The position numbers were made by a program, and so were the translations under genes. The notes under the pieces are model-generated. The model did no database searches. It was not told where the DNA came from and saw nothing but the letters and a program-made list of their open reading frames with translations. Positions 15,601-30,272 of a DNA stretch of 64,000 nt are shown piece by piece. The stretch is taken from assembly GCA_965655095.1 (NCBI GenBank), contig OZ296655.1:62062001-62126000 (forward strand), given 5' to 3'. Source of the stretch: Haplodiscus bocki (taxonomy: Eukaryota). The stretch's first letter is position 1, and each line of letters opens with the position of its first letter.

Positions 15601-17250
15601 CCAAGTACCAATTTCGAATGAAGTGTATATTCAAAATCAAGCACCAGTTTGGGACAAAAGCAAACTTCGGACCAATTAGCGGTTTTGGAGTCAAACCAGA
15701 TACGAATCATATACCAAGTTCGGATCAAGCAGCAACTTTCGGCTACGTAGTTTTTTCGGACCAATTACCATTTTGGGACCAGTTCCCATTTTCGGATCAA
15801 GTAAGAAATTCAGACAAATCACCCATTTGGGAACAAAAAATGACTTCGGACCAAATACCCAATTAGGACTGAATATCATTTCTTGACCAATTACCATTTT
15901 TGAACGACTTACCAATTCGGTCCAAACATTTTTTTTGGGCTGTGCACATTATCCCGACCAATCAATAGTTTCAAAACAATTAACAGTATCATGCCAATTT
16001 TTTTTTCGGACTAATTAAAAAATACCAGATTCAGACCAGCAACCATTTACGTATTAATAATTAACAATTTCGGAACTAGTTCAAACTTCGGACCAAAGAC
16101 CACTTTCGGACCAGTTACGAAAATTGGACAGTTCACCAAATTCGGGCAAAAACCAAATTCGGACCATTCACAATTTTCACACAAAAAAACAGTTTCAAAC
16201 TGAAAACCTTTTCCGGACCAATTACCAATTTTGGATCAATTAACAAAGTCAGACTAAATCGAGAGTTTGGATTAAATACCGAATGCGGACCAAATCCTAA
16301 GTTCGGTCCAAATACCGGTTTGGGACTTACTTTCAATTTCGGATCAAAATCCATTTCCCAACCAAACCCCAGACTCTGAACAATTGCCAACTCCGGACTT
16401 TTTACTGACTTCGGATCTATTTCCAACTTCGAACCACTGATCCTTTTCGGGCCGGTTATCATAATCGGACTCATTTACATTTTCAGATCAAGTAGTAACG
16501 TCAGACCAATAACCCATTTGGGAACGAAAACTAACTTCAGACCAACTAGCGGTTTTGGAGTCAAACCAATTGCGGATCAGTTTCCAAGTTCGGATCAAAC
16601 AACAGTTTTTGGCTACTTAAATTTTTCGGACCAATGACCACTTTGGGACCAGTTACTATTTTCGAATCAAGTAAGGATTTCCGACCAATCACCCATTTGA
16701 GAACAAAAACCGACTTCGGAGCGAATACCAAAAAAAGGATTGAATACCATTTCCGGACCAATTACCATTTCCGGAACAAATAACACTTTCGGACCAAACA
16801 ACAGTTTCAAACCAAAAATTAATTTCGGACCAATTGCAAATTACAAATTTCAGACCGTAAACCATTTCCGTATCAATAATTAACAATTTCAAAACTAGTT
16901 CAAACTTCGGACCAAAGACCTTTTTCGGACCAGTTACAAAAATCGGACCGTTCAACAAACTCGGGCAAAAACCATTTTGAGAGCAATCACAACTTTCACA
17001 CAAAAGAACAGTTTCAAACTGGAAACATTTCCGGACCGATTACCAATTTTGGATCAATTAAAAATGACAGACTAAATCCTAATTTCGGACCAAATGCCAG
17101 TTGCAGATCAAACACCAGACTCAGACCAAATATCAATTCCGGACTAAATACTAATTTCGGATCTAAATCCAACTTCGAACCAATGATCACTTTCGGACCG
17201 ATTTTCAATTTCGGACCACTTACCATTTTCAGATCAAGCAATAAGTTCAG
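12610..17250. repeat. Second run of 1792-bp higher-order repeats
   Basis: ORFs 12977/14769/16561 and 13430/15222/17014 are offset by 1792. Confidence 0.9.
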
Positions 17251-20200
17251 ACCAAAAACCAATTTCGTATTTATTAACAATTTCGGATCTACTTCAAACT
17301 TCGGTTCAAAGACCACTTTTGGACCAGTTACGAAAATTGGACCGTTCACCAAATTCGGGCAAAAACCAATTTCGGACCATTCACATTTTTCACACAAAAG
17401 AACAGTTCCAAACTGAAAACACTTTCCGGACCACCTAAGGATTTTGGATCAAGTAACAAAGTCAAACTAAATCGTATGTTTGGATTAAATACCGAATGCG
17501 GACCAAATCCTAGGTTCGGACCAAATACCAGTTTGGGACTTATTTTCAATTTCGGACCAAAAACCATTTCCCTACCAAACCCCAGACTCTGAACAATTGT
17601 CAACTCCGGACTTTTTAATAATTTCGGATCTATTTCCAACTTCGAACCACTGATCATTTTCGGACCGGTTATCATAATCGGAGCATTTTACATTTTCAGA
17701 TCAAGCAATAAGTTCAGACCAATAACCCATTTGGGACCGAAAACTATTTTCAGACCAATTACCATTTTCGGACTAAATACCAAAAATCGGCCGAACAATA
17801 TTGGGCTGTTTATTCTCTTCGGACCAAAGAACATTTACAGACAGTTTACCAAACTCGGACCAAGTACCGATTTCGAATCAAGTATAAATTTAAAATCAAA
17901 CACCCATTTGGGACAAAAACAAACTTCGGACCAACTAGCGGTTTTGGAGTCAAACCAATTGCGGATCAATTACCAAGTTCGGATGAAACAACAGTTTTTG
18001 GCTTTTTAATTTTTTCGGACCAATGACCCTTTTGGGACCAGTTACCATTCTGGAATCAAGTAGGAATTTCAGACTAATCACCCATTTGGGAACAAAAACC
18101 GACTTCGGAGCAAATTCCAAAAAAGGATTGAATACGATTTCTGGACCAATTACCAATTCCGGAACAAACAACACTTTCGGACCAAACAACAGTTTCAACC
18201 CAAAATATAATTTCGGACCAATTGCAAAGTACAAATTTCAGACCAGAAACCATTTCCGTATCAATAATTAACAATTTCAAAACTAGTTCAAACTTCGGAC
18301 CAAAGACCACTTTAGGACCAGTTACAAAAATTGGACCGTTCAACAAACTCGGGCAAAAACCAATTTTAGACCAATCACAACTTTCACACAAAAAACAGTT
18401 TCAAACTGAAAACTTTTCCGGACCGATTACCAATTTTGGATCAATTGAAAATGACAAACTAAATCCTAATTTCGGACCAAATGCCAATTGCAGATCAAAC
18501 ACCAGACTCAGACCAAATATCAATTCCGGACTAATTACTATTTTCGGATCTAAATCTAACTTCGAACCAATGATCACTTTCGGACCGGTTTTCAATTTCG
18601 GACCACTTACCATTTTCAGATCAAGCAAAAAGTTCAGACCAATATCCCGTTTGGGACCGTAAACTAACTCCGGACCAATTACCTTCGGACTAAATACCAA
18701 AATCGGAGAGAACAACAATTTTGGGCTTTTTAGTCTTTTCGGACCAAAGAACCTTTAAAGACAGGTTACCAATTTCGGACCAAGTACCAATTTCGAATGA
18801 AGTATATATTCAAAATCAAGCACCAGTTTGGGACAAAAGCAAACTTCGGACCAATTAGCGGTTTTGGAGTCAAACCAGATGCGAATCATATACCAAGTTC
18901 GGATCAAGCAGCAACTTTCGGCTACGTAGTTTTTTCGGACCAATTACCATTTTGGGACCAGTTCCCATTTTCGGATCAAGTAAGAAATTCAGACAAATCA
19001 CCCATTTGGGAACAAAAAGTGACTTCGGACCAAATACCCAATTAGGACTGAATATCATTTCTCGACCAATTACCATTTTTGAACGACTTACCAATTCGGT
19101 CCAAACATTTTTTTTGGGCTGTGCACATTATCCCGACCAATCAACAGTTTCAAAACATATAACAGTATCATGCCAATTTTTTTCTCGGACTACTCACAAA
19201 TTAACAAATTCAGACCAAAAACCAATTTCGTATTTATTAACAATTTCGGATCTAGTTCAAACTTCGGTTCAAAGACCACTTTTGGACCAGTTACGAAAAT
19301 TGGACCGTTCACCAAATTCGGGCAAAAACCAATTTCGGACCATTCACATTTTTCACTCAAAAGAACAGTTCCAAACTGAAAACACTTTCCGGACCACCTA
19401 AGGATTTTGGATCAAGTAACAAAGTCAAACTAAATCGTATGTTTGGATTAAATACCGAATGCGGACCAAATCCTAGGTTCGGACCAAATACCAGTTTGGG
19501 ACTTATTTTCAATTTCGGACCAAAAACCATTTCCCTACCAAACCCCAGACTCTGAACAATTGTCAACTCCGGACTTTTTAATAATTTCGGATCTATTTCC
19601 AACTTCGAACCACTGATCATTTTCGGACCGGTTATCATAATCGGAGCATTTTACATTTTCAGATCAAGCAATAAGTTCAGACCAATAACCCATTTGGGAC
19701 CGAAAACTATTTTCAGACCAATTACCATTTTCGGACTAAATACCAAAATTCGGCCGAACAACAATATTGGGCTGTTTATTCTCTTCGGACCAAAGAACAT
19801 TTACAGACAGTTTACCAAACTCAGACCAAGTACCGATTTCGAATCAAGTATAAATTTAAAATCAAACACCCATTTGGGACAAAAACAAACTTCGGACCAA
19901 CTAGCGGTTTTGGAGTCAAACCAATTGCGGATCAATTACCAAGATCGGATCAAACGACAGTTTTTGGCTACTTAATTTTTTCGGACCAATGACCATTTTG
20001 GGACCAGTTACCATTCTGGAATCAAGTAGGAATTTCAGACCAATCACCCATTTGGGGACAAAAACCGACTTCGGAGCAAATTCCAAAAAAGGATTGAATA
20101 CGATTTCTGGACTAATTACCAATTCCGGAACAAATAACAATTTCGGACCAAACAACAGTTTCAACCCAAAAATTGATTTCGGACCAATTGCAAATTACAA

Positions 20201-23200
20201 ATTTCAGACCAGAAATCATTTCCGTATCAATAAATAACAATTTCGGAACTAGTTCAAACTTCGGACCAAAGATCATTTTTGGACCAGTTACGAAAATCGG
20301 ACCGTTCACCAAATTCGGGCAAAAACCAATTTCGGACCATTCACAATTTTCACACGAATTACAATTTCAAACTGAAAACACTTTCCGGAGCAATTACGGA
20401 TTTTGGATCAAGTAACAAAGTCACACTAAATCGTATGTTTGGATTAAATACCGAATGCGGACCAAATCCTAGGTTCGGACCAAATACCAGTTTTGGACTT
20501 ACTTTCAATTTCGGATTAAAAACGATTTCCCAACCAAACCCCAGACTCTGAACAATTGCCAACTCCGGCTTTTTTACTAATTTCGGATCTATTTCGAACT
20601 TCGAACCACTGATCATTTTCTGACCGGTTATTATAATCGCACCATTTGACATTTTCAGATCAAGCAGTAAGTTCAGACCAATAACCCATTTGGGACCAAA
20701 AACTAACTTCAGACCAATTACCAATTTTGGATTAAATACCAAAACCGGGGAGAACAACAATATTGGGCTTTTTAGTCTTTTCGGACCAAAGAACCTTTAA
20801 AGACAGGTTACCAATTTCGGACCAAGTACCAATTTCGAATGAAGTATATATTCAAAATCAAACACCAGTTTGGGACAAAAGCAAACTTCGGACCAATTAG
20901 CGGTTTTGGGGCCAAACCAGATGCGAATCCTATACCAAGTTCGGATCAAGCAGCAACTTTCGGCTACGTAGTTTTTTCGGACCAATTACCATTTTGGGAC
21001 CAGTTCCCATTTTCGGATCAAGTAAGAATTTCAGACAAATCACCCATTTGGGAACAAAAATCGACTTCGGAGCAAATTCCAAAAAAGGATTGAATACGAT
21101 TTCTGGACCAATTACCAACTCCGGAACAAATACTACTTTCGGACCAAACAACAGTTTCAACCCAAAATATAATTTCGGACCAATTGCAAATTACAAATTT
21201 CAGACCAGAAACCATTTCCGTATCAATAATTAACAATTTCAAAACTAGTTCAAACTTCGGACCAAAGACCACTTTCGGACCAGTTACAAAAATTGGACCG
21301 TTCAACAAACTCGGGGAAAAACCAATTTTAGACCAATCACAACTTTCACACAAAAAACAGTTTCAAACTGAAAACTTTTCCGGACCGATTACCAATTTTG
21401 GATCAATTGAAAATGACAAACTAAATCCTAATTTCGGACCAAATGCCAATTGCAGATCAAACACCAGACTCAGACCAAATATCAATTCCGGACTAATTAC
21501 TAATTTCGGATCTAAATCCAACTTCGAACCAATGATCACTTTCGGACCGGTTTTCAATTTCGGACCACTTACCATTTTCAGATCAAGCAATAAGTTCAGA
21601 CCAATATCCCGTTTGGGACCGTAAACTAACTCCGGACCAATTACCTTCGGACTAAATACCAAAATCGGAGAGAACAACAATTTTGGGCTTTTTAGTCTTT
21701 TCGGACCAAAGAACCTTTAAAGACAGGTTACCAAATTCGGACCAAGTACCAATTTCGAATGAAGTGTATATTCAAAATCAAGCACCAGTTTGGGACAAAA
21801 GCAAACCTCGGACCAATTAGCGGTTTTGGAGTCAAACCAGATGCGAATCATATACCAAGTTCGGATCAAGCAGCAACTTTCGGCTACGTAGTTTTTTCGG
21901 ACCAATTACCATTTTGGGACCAGTTCCCATTTTCGGATCAAGTAAGAAATTCAGACAAATCACCCACTTGGGAACAAAAAATGACTTCGGACCAAAAACA
22001 CAATTAGGACTGAATATCATTTCTTGACCAATTACCATTTTTGAACGACTTACCAATTCGGTCCAAACATTTTTTTGGGCTGTGCACATTATCCCGACCA
22101 ATCAACAGTTTCAAAACATATAACAGTATCATGCCAATTTTTTTCTCGGACTACTCACAAATTACCAAATTCCGACCAAAAACCAATTTCGTATTTATTA
22201 ACAATTTCGGATCTAGTTCAAACTTCGGTTCAAAGACCATTTTTGGACCAGTTACGAAAATTGGACCGTTCACCAAATTCGGGCAAAAATCAATTTCGGA
22301 CCATTCACATTTTTCACACAAAAGAACAGTTCCAAACTGAAAACACTTTCCGGACCACCTACGGATTTTGGATCAAGTAACAAAGTCAAACTAAATCGTA
22401 TGTTTGGATTAAATACCGAATGCGGACCAAATCCTAGGTTCGGACCAAATACCAGTTTGGGACTTATTTTCAATTTCGGACCAAAAACCATTCCCAACCA
22501 AACCCCAGACTCTGAACAAGTGCCAAATCCGGACTGTTTACTAATTTCGGATCTAATTCCAACTTCGAACCACTGATCATTTTCGGACCGGTTATCATAA
22601 TCGGACCATTTTACATTTTCAGATCAAGCAGTAAGTTCAGACCAATAACCCATTTGGGACCGAAAACTAACTTCAGACCAATTACCATTTTCGGACTAAA
22701 TACCAAAATCGGGGAGAACAACAATATTGGGCTTTTTAGTCTCCTCGGACCAAAGAACCTTTAAAGACAGGTTACCAATTTCGGACCAAGTACCAATTTC
22801 GAATCAAGTATGTTTTCAAAATCAAACACCAGTTTGGGACAAAAGCAAACTTCGGACCAATTAGCGGTTTTGGATTCAAACCAGATGCGAATCAATTACC
22901 AAGTTCGGATCAAGCAGCAACTTTCAGCTACTTAATTTTTTCGGACTAATTACCATATTGGGACCAGTTCCCATTTTCGGATCAAGTAAGAAATTCAGAC
23001 AAATCACCCATTTGGGAACAAAAATGACTTCGGACCAAATACCCTATTAGGACTGAATATCATTTTTCGACCAATTACCATTTTTGAACGACTTACCAAT
23101 TCGGTCCAAACATTTTTTTTGGGCTGTGCACATTATCCCGACCAATCAACAGTTTCAAATTATTTAACAGTATCATGCCAATTTTTTTCTCGGACTACTT

Positions 23201-25804
23201 ACAAATTACCAAATTCAGACCAAAAACCAATTTCGTATTAATTAACAATTTCGGATCTAGTTCAAACTTCGGTTCAAAGACCACTTTTGGACCAGTTACG
23301 AAAATCGGACCGTTCACCAAATTCGGGCAAAAACCAATTTCGGACCATTCACAATTTTCACACAAAAGAACAGTTTCAAACTGAAAACACTTTCCGGACC
23401 ACTTAAGGATTTTGGATCAAGTAACAAAGTCAAATTAAATCGTATGTTTAGATTAAATACCGAATGCGGACCAAATCCTAGGTTCGGACCAAATACCAGT
23501 TTGGGACCAACTTTCAATTTCGGACCAAAAACCATTTCCCAACCAAACCCCATACTCTGAACAATTGTCAACTCCGGACTATTTACTAATTTCTGATCTA
23601 TTTCCACCTTCGAACCACTGAACATTTTCGGACCGGTTATCATAATCGGACCATTTTACATTTTCAGATCAAGCAATAAGTTCAGACCAATAACCCATTT
23701 GGGACCGAAAACTATTTTCAGACCATCTACCAATTTCGGACTAAATACCAAAATTCGGCCGAACAACAATATTGGGCTGTTGATTCTCTTCGGACCAAAG
23801 AACATTTACAGACAGTTTACCAAACTCGGACCAAGTACCGATTTCGAATCAAGTATAAATTTAAAATCAAACACCCATTTGGGACAAAAACAAACTTCGG
23901 ACCAACTAGCGGTTTTGGAGTCAAACCAATTGCGGATCAATTACCAAGATCGGATCAAACAACAGTTTTTGGTTACTTAATTTTTTCGGACCAATGACCA
24001 TTTTGGGACCAGTTACCATTTTCGAATCAAGTAAGAATTTCAGACCAATCACCCATTTGGGAACAAAAACCGACTTCGGAGCAAATTCCAAAAAAGGATT
24101 GAATACGATTTCTGGACCAATTACCAGTTCCGGAACAAATAACAATTTCGGACCAAACAACAGTTTCAACCCAAAAATTATTTTCGGACCAATTGCAAAT
24201 TACAAATTTCAGACCAGAAACCATTTCCGTATCAATAAATAACAATTTCGGAACTAGTTCAAACTTCGGACCAAAGACCATTTTTGGACCAGTTACGAAA
24301 ATCGGACCGTTCACCAAATTCGGGCAAAAACCAACTTCGGACCATTCACAATTTTCACACAAAAGAACAGTTTCAAACTGAAAACACTTTCCGGACCACT
24401 TAAGGATTTTGGATCAAGTAACAAAGTCAAACTAAATCGTATGTTTAGATTAAATACCGAATGCGGACCAAATCCTAGGTTCGGACCAAATACCAGTTCA
24501 GTTTGGGACTTACTTTCAATTTCGGACCAAAAACCATTTCCCAACCAAACCCCAGACTCTGAACAATTGTCAACTCCGGACTATTTACTAATTTCGGATC
24601 TATTTCCACCTTCGAACCACTGATCATTTTCGGACCGGTTATCATAATCGGACCAATTTACATTTTCAGATCAAGCAATAAGTTCAGACCATTAACCTAT
24701 TTGGGACCGAAAACTATTTTCAGACCATCTACCAATTTCGGACTAAATGCCAAAATTCGGCCGAACAATATTGGGCTGTTGATTCTCTTCGGACCAAAGA
24801 ACATTTACAGACAATTTACCAAACTCGGACCAAGTACCGATTTCGAATCAAGTATAAATTTAAAATCAAACATCCATTTGGGACAAAAACAAACTTCGGA
24901 CCAACTAGCGGTTTTGGAGTCAAACCAATTGCGGATCAATTACCAAGATCGGATCAAACAACAGTTTTTGGCTACTTAATTTTTTCGGACCAATGACCAT
25001 TTTGGGACCAGTTACCATTTTTGAAACAAGTAAGAATTTCAGACCAATCACCCATTTGGGAACAAAAACCGACTTCGGAGCAAATTCCAAAAAAGGATTG
25101 AATACGATTTCTGGACCAATTACCAATTCCGGAACAAATAACAATTTCGGACCAAACAACAGTTTCAACCCAAAAACTATTTTCGGACCAATTGCAAATT
25201 ACAAATTTCAGACCAGAAACCATTTCCGTATCCATAAATAACAATTTCGGAACTAGTTCAAACTTCGGACCAAAGACCATTTTTGGACCAGTTACGAAAA
25301 TCGGACCGTTCACCAAATTCGGGCAAAAACCAATTTCGGACCATTCACATTTTTCACACGAATTACAGTTTCAAACTGAAAACACTTCCCGGACAAATTA
25401 CGGATTTTGGATCAAGTAACAAAGTCAGACTATATCGTATGTTTGGATTAAATACCGAAAGCGGACCAAATCCTAGGTTCGGACCAAATACCAGTTTGGG
25501 GCTTACTTTCAATTTCGGATCAAAAACCATTTCCCAACCAAACCCCAGACTCTGAACAATTGCCAGCTCCGGACTTTTTACATATTTCGGATCTAATTCC
25601 AACTTCGAACCACTGATCATTTTCGCACCGGTTATCATAATCGGACCAGTTTACAATTTCAGATGAAGTAATAGTTTCAGACCAATAACCCATTTGGGAC
25701 CGAAAACTAACTTCAGACCGATTACCAATTTCGGACTAAATACCAAAAGTGGGCCGAACAACAATAATGGGCTGTTTATTCTCTTCGGACCAAAGAACAT
25801 TTAC

Positions 25805-28800
25805 AGACAATTTACTAAACTCGGACCAAGTAGCGATTTCGAATCAAGTATAAATTTAAATTGAAACACCCATTTGGGACAAAAACAAACTTTGGACCAA
25901 CTAGCGGTTTTGGAGTCAAACCAACTGCGGATCAAATACCAAGTTCGGATCAAACAACAGTTTTTGGCAACTTGATTTTTTCGGACCAATGACCATTTTG
26001 GGACCAGTTACCATTTTCGAATCAAGTTAGGATTTCAGACCAATCACCCATTTGGGAACAAAAACCGACTTCGGAGCAAATACCAAAAAAGCATTGAATA
26101 CGATTTCTGGACCAATTACCAATTCCGGAACAAATAACAATTTCGGACCAAACAACAGTTCCAACCCAAAAATTAATTTCGGACCAATTGCAAATTACAA
26201 ATTTCAGACCAGAAACCATTTCCGTATCAATAATTAACAATTTCGGAGCTAGTTCAAACTTCGGACCAAAGACCATTTTCGGACCAGTTACGAAAATCGG
26301 ATCGTTCAACAAATTCGGGCTGAAACCAATTCTGGACCAATCACAATTTTCACACAAAAGAACAGTTTCAAACTGAAAACATTTTCAGATCCGATTACCA
26401 ATTTTGGATCAAGTAAAAACGTCAGACTAAATCCTAAGTTCGGACCAAATGCCAATTGCGGATCAAACACCAGACTCAGACCAAATATCAATTCCGGACT
26501 AATTACTAATTTCGGGTCGAATTCCAACTTCGAACCAATGATCATTTTCGGACCGGTTTTCAATTTCGGACCAATTACCATTTTCAGATCAAGCAATAAG
26601 TTCGGACCAAAATCCCGTTTGGGACCGTAAACTAACTCCGGACCAATTACCTTCGGACTAAATACCAAAATCGGGGAGAAAAACAATTTTGGGCTGTTTA
26701 TTCTCTTCGGACCAAAGAACATTTACAGACAGTTTACCAAACTTGGACCAATAACCGATTTCGAATCAAGTATAAATTCAAAACCAAACACACATTTGGG
26801 ACAAAAGCAGACTTCGGACCCTTTAGCGGTTTTGGAGTCAAACCAATTGCGGATCAAATACCAAGTTCGGATCAAACAACAGTTTTTGGCTACTTGATTT
26901 TTTCGGACCAATGACCATTTTGGGACCAGTTACCATTCTGGAATCAAGTAGGAATTTCAGACCAATCACCCATTTGGGAACAAAAACCGACTTCAGACCA
27001 AATACCAAAGTAGGATTGAATACCATTTCTGGACCAATTACCAATTCCGGACGAATTGCCATTTCGGTCCAAACAACATTTTTGGGCTATTCACTTTTTC
27101 TGGACCAAAGAACATTTTCTCACCAAACAACAATTTCAAGTCAAAATTTGTTGTCGAATTATTGACAAAATTCAGACCAAAAGTCAATTTCGTTCTAATA
27201 AATAACAATTTCGGATTTAGTTCAAACTTCGGAGCAAAGACCAGTTTTGGACCAATTACCAATTTCGAATCAAGTCACACTTTCAGACCAATCACTCATG
27301 TGGGACTGAAAACTAAGTGCGGACATTTACCAGCTTGGCACTCAACACCAATTCCGGACAAAAAACCAACTTTGGAAAAAACAACAGTTTTAGGCTACTT
27401 CTTTTTTTAGGAGAAATTGCCATTTTCGGACCAAACAGCACTTTCAAGCCACAGATTTTTTACTACTAATTATCAAATTCAGAGCAAAAACCATTTCCGT
27501 ACTAATTACCAAATTTGGATCTATTTCTAACTCCGACCCAATTACTATTTTCTGACCAATAACCAAATTTGGATCAAGTAATAAAGTCAGACTAAACCCT
27601 AAGTTCGGACCAAATACCAATTGCGGATCAAACACCAGAGTCAGACCAAATGCCAAATCGGAACCAATTACGAATTTCGAATCAAGTAACCCTTTCAAAC
27701 CAATCACCCATCTGGGACCGAAAACTAAGTTCGGACCAAATACCCAATAATGACTGAAAATCATTTCTGGACCAATTACCATTTTCGGACAAAAACCAAC
27801 TTCAGACCGAGAAAAAATTTCGGTATACTTACTTTTTTCGGAGCAATTAATTTTTTCGGACCCATTACCAATTCCGGACCAATTTCAATTTTCGAATCAA
27901 GGAACAATTTCAGACCCATCACCCATTTGGGACCGAAAACTAATTTCGGACCAGTCACCAAATTCAGACTAAATACCAAAATCGGGCCGAACAACAATAT
28001 TGGGCTTTTTATTCTCTTCGGAGCAAAGAACATTTTCAGACAATTTACCAAACTCGGACCAAGTACCGATTTCGAATCAAGTATAAATTTAAAATCAAAC
28101 ATCCATTTGGGACAAAAACAAACTTTGGACCAACTAGCGGTTTTGGAGTCAAACCAACTGCGGATCAAATACCAAGTTCGGATCAAACAACAGTTTTTGG
28201 CAACTTGATTTTTTCGGACCAATGACCATTTTGGGACCAGTTACCATTTTCGAATCAAGTTAGGATTTCAGACCAATCACCCATTTGGGAACAAAAACCG
28301 ACTTCGGAGCAAATACCAAAAAAGCATTGAATACGATTTCTGGACCAATTACCAATTCCGGAACAAATAACAATTTCGGACCAAACAACAGTTTCAACCC
28401 AAAAATTAATTTCGGACCAATTGCAAATTACAAATTTCAGACCAGAAACCATTTCCGTATCAATAATTAACAATTTCGGAGCTAGTTCAAACTTCAGACC
28501 AAAGACCATTTTCAGACCAGTTACGAAAATCGGATCGTTCAACAAATTCGGGCTGAAACCAATTCTGGACCAATCACAATTTTCACACAAAAGAACAGTT
28601 TCAAACTGAAAACATTTTCAGATCCGATTACCAATTTTGGATCAAGTAAAAACGTCAGACTAAATCCTAAGTTCGGACCAAATGCCAATTGCGGATCAAA
28701 CACCAGACTCAGACCAAATATCAATTCCGGACTAATTACTAATTTCGGGTCGAATTCCAACTTCGAACCAATGATCATTTTCGGACCGGTTTTCAATTTC

Positions 28801-30272
28801 GGACCAATTACCATTTTCAGATCAAGCAATAAGTTCGGACCAAAATCCCGTTTGGGACCGTAAACTAACTCCGGACCAATTACCTTCGGACTAAATACCA
28901 AAATCGGGGAGAAAAACAATTTTGGGCTGTTTATTCTCTTCGGACCAAAGAACATTTACAGACAGTTTACCAAACTCGGACCAATAACCGATTTCGAATC
29001 AAGTATAAATTCAAAACCAAACACACATTTGGGACAAAAGCAGACTTCGGACCCTTTAGCGGTTTTGGAGTCAAACCAATTGCGGATCAAATACCAAGTT
29101 CGGATCAAACAACAGTTTTTGGCTACTTGATTTTTTCGGACCAATGACCATTTTGGGACCAGTTACCATTTTCGAATCAAGTTAGGATTTCAGACCAATC
29201 ACCCATTTGGGAACGAAAACTGACTTCAGACCAAATACCAAAGTAGGATTGAATACCATTTCTGGACCAATTACCAATTCCGGACGAATTACCATTTCGG
29301 TCCAAACAACATTTTTGGGCTATTCACTTTTTCTGGACCAAAGAACATTTTCTCACCAAACAACAATTTCAAGTCAAAATTTGTTGTCGAATTATTGACA
29401 AAATTCAGACCAAAAGTCAATTTCGTTCTAATAAATAACAATTTCGGATTTAGTTCAAACTTCGGAGCAAAGACCAGTTTTGGACCAATTACCAATTTCG
29501 AATCAAGTCACACTTTCAGACCAATCACTCATGTGGGACTGAAAACTAAGTGCGGACATTTACCAGCTTGGCACTCAACACCAATTCCGGACAAAAAACC
29601 AACTTTGGAAAAAACAACAGTTTTAGGCTACTTCTTTTTTTAGGAGAAATTGCCATTTTCGGACCAAACAGCACTTTCAAGCCACAGATTTTTTACTACT
29701 AATTATCAAATTCAGAGCAAAAACCATTTCCGTACTAATTACCAAATTTGGATCTATTTCTAACTCCGACCCAATTACTATTTTCTGACCAATAACGAAA
29801 TTCGGATCAAGTAATAAAGTCAGACTAAACCCTAAGTTCGGACCAAATACCAATTGCGGATCAAACACCAGAGTCAGACCAAATGCCAAATCGGAACCAA
29901 TTACGAATTTCGAATCAAGTAACCCTTTCAAACCAATCACCCATCTGGGACCGAAAACTAAGTTCGGACCAAATACCCAATAATGACTGAAAATCATTTC
30001 TGGACCAATTACCATTTTCGGACAAAAACCAACTTCAGACCGAGAAAAAATTTCGGTATACTTACTTTTTTCGGAGCAATTAATTTTTTCGGACCCATTA
30101 CCAATTCCGGACCAATTTCAATTTTCGAATCAAGGAACAATTTCAGACCCATCACCCATTTGGGACCGAAAACTAATTTCGGACCAGTCACCAAATTCAG
30201 ACTAAACACCAAAATCGGGCCGAACAACAATATTGGGCTTTTTATTCTCTTCGGAGCAAAGAACATTTTCAG
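25805..30272. repeat. 2233-bp tandem duplication near the array edge, including an older divergent unit
   Basis: ORFs 26022/28255, 26723/28956, 27162/29395 and 27776/30009 are offset by 2233. The copies diverge after ...GAACATTTTCAGAC at ~28040/30273. Confidence 0.9.
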
